From positions 90,001 through 122,000 of the forward strand of contig NZ_CP059216.1 of NCBI RefSeq assembly GCF_014252315.1: a DNA stretch of 32,000 nucleotides. The letters run 5' to 3'. A program made the position numbers and the translations under genes. The stretch is from Candidatus Saccharimonadota bacterium. GTDB lineage: Bacteria > Bacteroidota > Bacteroidia > Flavobacteriales > Blattabacteriaceae. Positions within the stretch are counted from its first letter, which is position 1. Every line of letters starts with the position of its first letter. The notes under the pieces are model-generated. The model was given only the letters and a program-made list of their open reading frames with translations. It did no database searches and was not told the origin of the DNA. Below are positions 28,453 through 32,000 of this stretch, piece after piece.

Positions 28453-29823
28453 ATGAAACAATCTATTCTTTTAAAAAAGAAAAAACAATTTTTTCTAAAT
28501 ATATATGATTTAGGAATTATAAAATTTGGAAATTTTACATTAAAAAGTGGAATAAAATCTCCTATATATATAGATTTTAGACCAATAGCATCTAGGCCTA
28601 AATTATTAATAAAACTTTCAAAATTATTATTAGAATCAGTTCCATCTTCTGATTTCGAATTAATTTGTGGAGTTCCATATGCTGCATTACCTATAGCTAC
28701 AGCACTTTCTTTAAAAACTAACATTCCGTTAATTATTAAAAGAAAAGAAAATAAAGGATATGGAACAAAAAAAATTATAGAAGGAATTTATAAAAAAGGA
28801 CAAAATTGTCTTCTTATAGAAGATGTAATTACAAGTGGAGATAGTTTATTGAAAACCATAGAAGATTTAGAAAAAGAAGGTTTAATTATAAAAAATATAA
28901 TATCAGTTTTTGATAGAGAACAAGGAGGCACAAATAATATAAAAAAAAAAGGATATAAAATACAATCATTATTTTATGTGCAAGAAATATTGAAAATTTT
29001 AGACAAAAAAAATATTTTAAATAAAAAAAATATACAAATGATTCACTTTTTTTTAAAAAAAAAAGAAAATAGGATTTTTTACAAACGAATCTCATATGAA
29101 AAAAAAAAAGAAAAAATATTTCATCCTATAGGAAAAAAACTCATAGATATAACATTGAAAAAAAAAACTAACCTTATTATATCTGCAGATTTAATTCAAT
29201 CAAAAAAAATATTGAATTTAGTACAATCAACTGGAGATAAAATATGTGGAATTAAATTACATGCAGATATTATAAATGATTTTTCTTTTTCATTTATCGA
29301 TTCTATTAAAAAAATATCTAAAGAAAAAAATTTTTTATTACTTGAAGATAAAAAATTGTGTGATATTAATTCAACTAATTTTCTTCAGATCCATTATGGA
29401 TTACATAAAATTACATCTTGGGCAGATATAATTACGGTTCATTTAATTGCAGGACGTTCTAGTATTAATAATCTAAAAATACCTGATAATATAGGATTAA
29501 TTACTATATCAGAAATGTCTTCATATGAACAATTAATAGATAATAATTACATTAGAAAATCTATAAATATTTCATTAAAAAATACAAAAGTAATTGGAAC
29601 AGTAGCTAAAAGAAAAATAGATGATAGATTATTATTATTTACACCAGGAATTAATTTTTTAAAATCTAAAAATTATATACATCCTAATAAAGCATTCAAA
29701 GAAAATGGATGCGATTTTATTATAGTTGGAAGATCTATTTATCAATCTGATAGTCCAGAAAAAATGGCAGAAAAATATAGAAGTATAGCGTGGAAAGCTT
29801 ATGAAGATGAAATTGAAAAATAA
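28453..29823 (+). CDS. pyrE-pyrF: Bifunctional UMP synthase: orotate phosphoribosyltransferase (N-terminal) fused to OMP decarboxylase (C-terminal)
   Basis: 456 aa. The N-terminal half reads FGNFTLKSGIKSPIYIDFRPIASRPKLL...ICGVPYAALPIAT...IIKRKENKGYGTKKIIEG...CLLIEDVITSGDSLL...DREQGG (OPRT, PRPP loop). After a K-rich linker the C-terminal half reads NLIISADL...ICGIKLHADIINDF...LLEDKKLCDINSTN...WADIITVHLIAG...ISEMSS...FTPGI...DFIIVGRSIY (ODCase DxKxxD and related motifs). Confidence 0.9.
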   Translation: MKQSILLKKKKQFFLNIYDLGIIKFGNFTLKSGIKSPIYIDFRPIASRPKLLIKLSKLLLESVPSSDFELICGVPYAALPIATALSLKTNIPLIIKRKENKGYGTKKIIEGIYKKGQNCLLIEDVITSGDSLLKTIEDLEKEGLIIKNIISVFDREQGGTNNIKKKGYKIQSLFYVQEILKILDKKNILNKKNIQMIHFFLKKKENRIFYKRISYEKKKEKIFHPIGKKLIDITLKKKTNLIISADLIQSKKILNLVQSTGDKICGIKLHADIINDFSFSFIDSIKKISKEKNFLLLEDKKLCDINSTNFLQIHYGLHKITSWADIITVHLIAGRSSINNLKIPDNIGLITISEMSSYEQLIDNNYIRKSINISLKNTKVIGTVAKRKIDDRLLLFTPGINFLKSKNYIHPNKAFKENGCDFIIVGRSIYQSDSPEKMAEKYRSIAWKAYEDEIEK

Positions 29824-29857
29824 AATTATATAAATTATTAATTAATCATTTATAATA

Positions 29858-30487
29858 ATGATGATTATAAAAATTTATTTAATTTGTAGCTATTTTATTT
29901 TTAACAATTATTATTTTATGAAATGGATTAATTCTTTAATAAGCTGTTTTATGATATTATTCAGCATAATTGATATATTAGGAAATGCTCCTATAATCAT
30001 GGGATTTAAATCAAAAGGAAACATTATAGATACTAATAAAGTGATAATTACTTCTCTAATTATATTTATTTCTTTTTTATTTTTAGGACAACCTATGTTA
30101 AAAATTATAGGTGTTGATGTTCATTCTTTTTCTGTTGCAGGATCAATAGTATTATTTTTAATAGGATTAGAAATGATTTTAGGAGTTGATTTTCATAAAG
30201 TATCAGAAAATTCACAAACATCTATAGTTCCAATAGCATTTCCCCTTATTGCAGGTCCTGGATCTTTAACTACATTAATTTCATTAAGAACTACTTATGA
30301 TTTAACAATAATTATTTTATCATTATTATTAAATATGATAGTTGTTTATTTTGTTATTGATAAATGTGATTTTATTGCTGAAAAAATTGGAAATAATGGA
30401 TTAGATGTACTTAAAAAAATATTTGGAATTGTTTTATTAGCTTTTGCCGTAAAAATATTTGGTGCTAATGCTGGAAAATTAGTTTAA
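29858..30487 (+). CDS. marC: MarC/UPF0056 family integral membrane protein
   Basis: 209 aa, multi-TM. It contains FSIIDILGNAPI..., GLEMILG and IVPIAFPLIAGPGSLTT, typical MarC-family motifs. The real start is probably the Met at 29918 (MKWINSLIS). Confidence 0.8.
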   Translation: MMIIKIYLICSYFIFNNYYFMKWINSLISCFMILFSIIDILGNAPIIMGFKSKGNIIDTNKVIITSLIIFISFLFLGQPMLKIIGVDVHSFSVAGSIVLFLIGLEMILGVDFHKVSENSQTSIVPIAFPLIAGPGSLTTLISLRTTYDLTIIILSLLLNMIVVYFVIDKCDFIAEKIGNNGLDVLKKIFGIVLLAFAVKIFGANAGKLV

Positions 30488-30873
30488 TAAATTAATATTT
30501 TTTATTATGTCAATAAATATTTTATTAATAGATGATACTATATCTATATATGATACATGAAATTTAGACGATTTATAATCAAATATTATATATAATATAA
30601 CATTTCTATGTATATATTGTTCCAATATTGATTTTTTATTTAAAAAAGAAGATTTAATTAATCTTCTAATTTTGTTTCTATGTACAGATTTTTTAATTCT
30701 TTTTTTTTTACTAAAACTCCTATTAAGTTAACCGTAAAATGTTCATTATGAGAAAAGATTTTTTCTATATAAAAAATGGCAAGTATAGGTTTTTTATATA
30801 AACGTTTTCCATAAATAAAAATTTTTTTAAATTTTATTTTTGTTATATTGTTTTTTTTACAAAATTTATTCAT
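30479..30873 (-). pseudogene. rnpA: RNase P protein component, interrupted by a 1-nt frameshift in a poly(A)10 tract (plus-strand T run 30700-30709)
   Basis: Frame 0 (track ORF 30658-30873, 71 aa) gives MNKFCKKNNITKIKFKKIFIYGKRLYKKPILAIFYI...NLIGVLVKKK, then diverges to ELKNLYIETKLED-stop. I translated the other frame by hand from the A-run onward. It gives (K)RIKKSVHRNKIRRLIKSSFLNKKSILEQYIHRNVILYIIFDYKSSKFHVSYIDIVSSINKIFIDIIKNINLLN, ending at the TAA at 30479-30481. This contains the RnpA 'RNR' motif (V.RN.I.R..R). With A11 instead of A10 the gene encodes a normal 131-aa RnpA. Confidence 0.8.
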
Positions 30874-31861
30874 ATTCTTTTATGAATTTTTCTAGTTTAA
30901 ATACCATATTTTTTGGTCCACAAATAAATGGAATTCTTTGATGTAATTTACAAGGTTTTATATCTAATATTCTTTCATATCCATTAGAAGCTTTTCCTCC
31001 AGCCTGTTCTGTTAAAAATGCAATAGGATTACATTCATATAACAATCTTAATTTTCCATTAGGAGATAATTCTGTTTTAGGATAAATATATATTCCACCA
31101 TGAATCATATTTCTATGAAAATCACTAACTAAAGATCCTATATATCTTGATGTATATAAATTGTTTTTATCTTTTTTTTGACAAAATTCTATAAATTTCT
31201 TAATTCCATTAGAAAATTTTTCATAATTTCCATTATTAATAGAATAAATATTTCCTTTTTTTGGAAAAGATATATAAGGATGAGATAAATAAAAAGTTCC
31301 AAATGAAGGATCTAAAGTAAATCCATGAACACCATTCCCTACACTATAAACTAATATTGTTGAAGATCCATATATAATGTATCCTGCAAGGATTTGCTTA
31401 ATTCCTTTTTGTAAAAAATCATTTATTGTTACTTTTTTTTCACATGAATAATTTTTTTTAAATACAGAAAAAATAGTTCCAATAGGAACATTTACATCAA
31501 TATTAGATGATCCATCAAGTGGATCTATTAAAACAATATATTGATCATTTAATGTATTTTTTTTTTTATTTATTATTATAATATCTTTGCTTTCTTCAGA
31601 TGCTATTCCACAAACAACGTTTCTATGTTTAAAAGATTCTATAAATGTTTTGTGAGCAAAAAAATCTAATTTTTGTTGATTTTCACCCTGAATATTCATT
31701 TTTCCTGAACTACCTATATTTTTAGTTAATCCTACTTTATTTATTTCTTTATGAACTGATTTAGCTGCTAATTTTATAGAACTAAATAATCTTAGTAATG
31801 ATTCTGTAGAATAAGGAAAATTATCCCTATTTTCTATAATAAATTCTCCTAATGTATACAA
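30866..31861 (-). CDS. fbp: Fructose-1,6-bisphosphatase, class 1
   Basis: 331 aa. It contains TLGEFIIE at the N-terminus, LIDPLDGSSNIDVN, GSSTILV and YECNPIAFLTEQAGGKAS. The only in-frame start is TTG at 31859-31861, with a stop 7 codons upstream. The 3' end overlaps the rnpA start by 8 nt. Confidence 0.95.
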   Translation of the reverse strand: MYTLGEFIIENRDNFPYSTESLLRLFSSIKLAAKSVHKEINKVGLTKNIGSSGKMNIQGENQQKLDFFAHKTFIESFKHRNVVCGIASEESKDIIIINKKKNTLNDQYIVLIDPLDGSSNIDVNVPIGTIFSVFKKNYSCEKKVTINDFLQKGIKQILAGYIIYGSSTILVYSVGNGVHGFTLDPSFGTFYLSHPYISFPKKGNIYSINNGNYEKFSNGIKKFIEFCQKKDKNNLYTSRYIGSLVSDFHRNMIHGGIYIYPKTELSPNGKLRLLYECNPIAFLTEQAGGKASNGYERILDIKPCKLHQRIPFICGPKNMVFKLEKFIKEYE

Positions 31862-32000
31862 TGGACTTAAAAAATTTTTTTTTTAAACAATATAAATATC
31901 TAATTTTTTTATTAAAAAAACATTAATAATCAACTTTTTATTGTTATAAATTTTATTTATATCATTCCTTTTATATATATTACTTTTTAATTTTTTTTTA

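Noticed and set aside
28413-29095. Minus-strand ORFs 28413-28724 (103 aa) and 28886-29095 (69 aa)
   Set aside because: They are antisense to the UMPS fusion gene, which has full-length domain similarity. The antisense products have no recognisable features.
30658-30873. Treating the 71-aa ORF as a stand-alone small gene and 30488-30657 as intergenic
   Set aside because: The adjacent frame continues the RnpA sequence, including the RNR motif, so the parsimonious reading is one frameshifted rnpA.
31861-31926. 21-codon plus-strand ORF MDLKNFFFKQYKYLIFLLKKH
   Set aside because: It is tiny, has no homology signal, and overlaps the fbp start region. It is likely random.
31886-32000. Open minus-strand frame running in from the right edge (…KKLKSNIYKRNDINKIYNNKKLIINVFLIKKLDIYIV, stop at 31883-31885), possibly the 3' end of a gene upstream of fbp
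   Set aside because: Only about 38 codons are visible, with no recognisable motif, which is too little to support a call.

Overview
The window is extremely A+T-rich and very gene-dense, roughly nine-tenths coding by eye. It contains no mobile elements, CRISPR arrays or rRNA. I call 34 protein-coding loci (one frameshifted), 3 tRNAs and the RNase P RNA. All are housekeeping or core-metabolism genes: mutL, ribH, gldE-like, HU, gltA, fabD, tatD, fumC, mnmG, ybeY, pssA/exonuclease, htpG, ftsY, rpmG, rpmB, yebC, rmuC, rho, prfA, accC, accB, rpmF, proS, pyrD, pyrE-pyrF, marC, rnpA and fbp. Several genes are typical of Bacteroidota/Flavobacteriales: the GldE-type CBS transporter, a GYDIA-motif GHMP kinase, DUF4293, DUF4295 next to rpmB-rpmG-ftsY, Rho with a large N-terminal insertion, and an archaeal/eukaryote-type ProRS. 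Together with the composition and compaction (overlapping genes, 8-50 bp spacers), this points to a reduced obligate-endosymbiont genome of the Blattabacterium/Uzinura/Sulcia kind. I cannot name the species. I found no clearly novel multi-gene system. The points most worth follow-up are:
- rnpA is broken by a 1-nt deficit inside a poly(A)10 tract. The conserved RNR motif continues in the other frame, and rnpB is intact in the same window.
- A divergent pyrimidine module pairs a class-1A (fumarate-type) DHODH with a UMP synthase (OPRT-ODC fusion) that is collinear with eukaryotic UMPS.
- pssA and a DEDDh exonuclease are joined in one 501-codon ORF.
- Two small K/R-rich, ribosome-associated ORFs are missing from the ORF track: a bS22-like one at 4856-4948 and DUF4295 at 17423-17593.
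- A 462-bp repeat-bearing spacer, the longest noncoding stretch, is unexplained.

The long F/I/L-rich ORFs lying antisense to real genes are composition artefacts.
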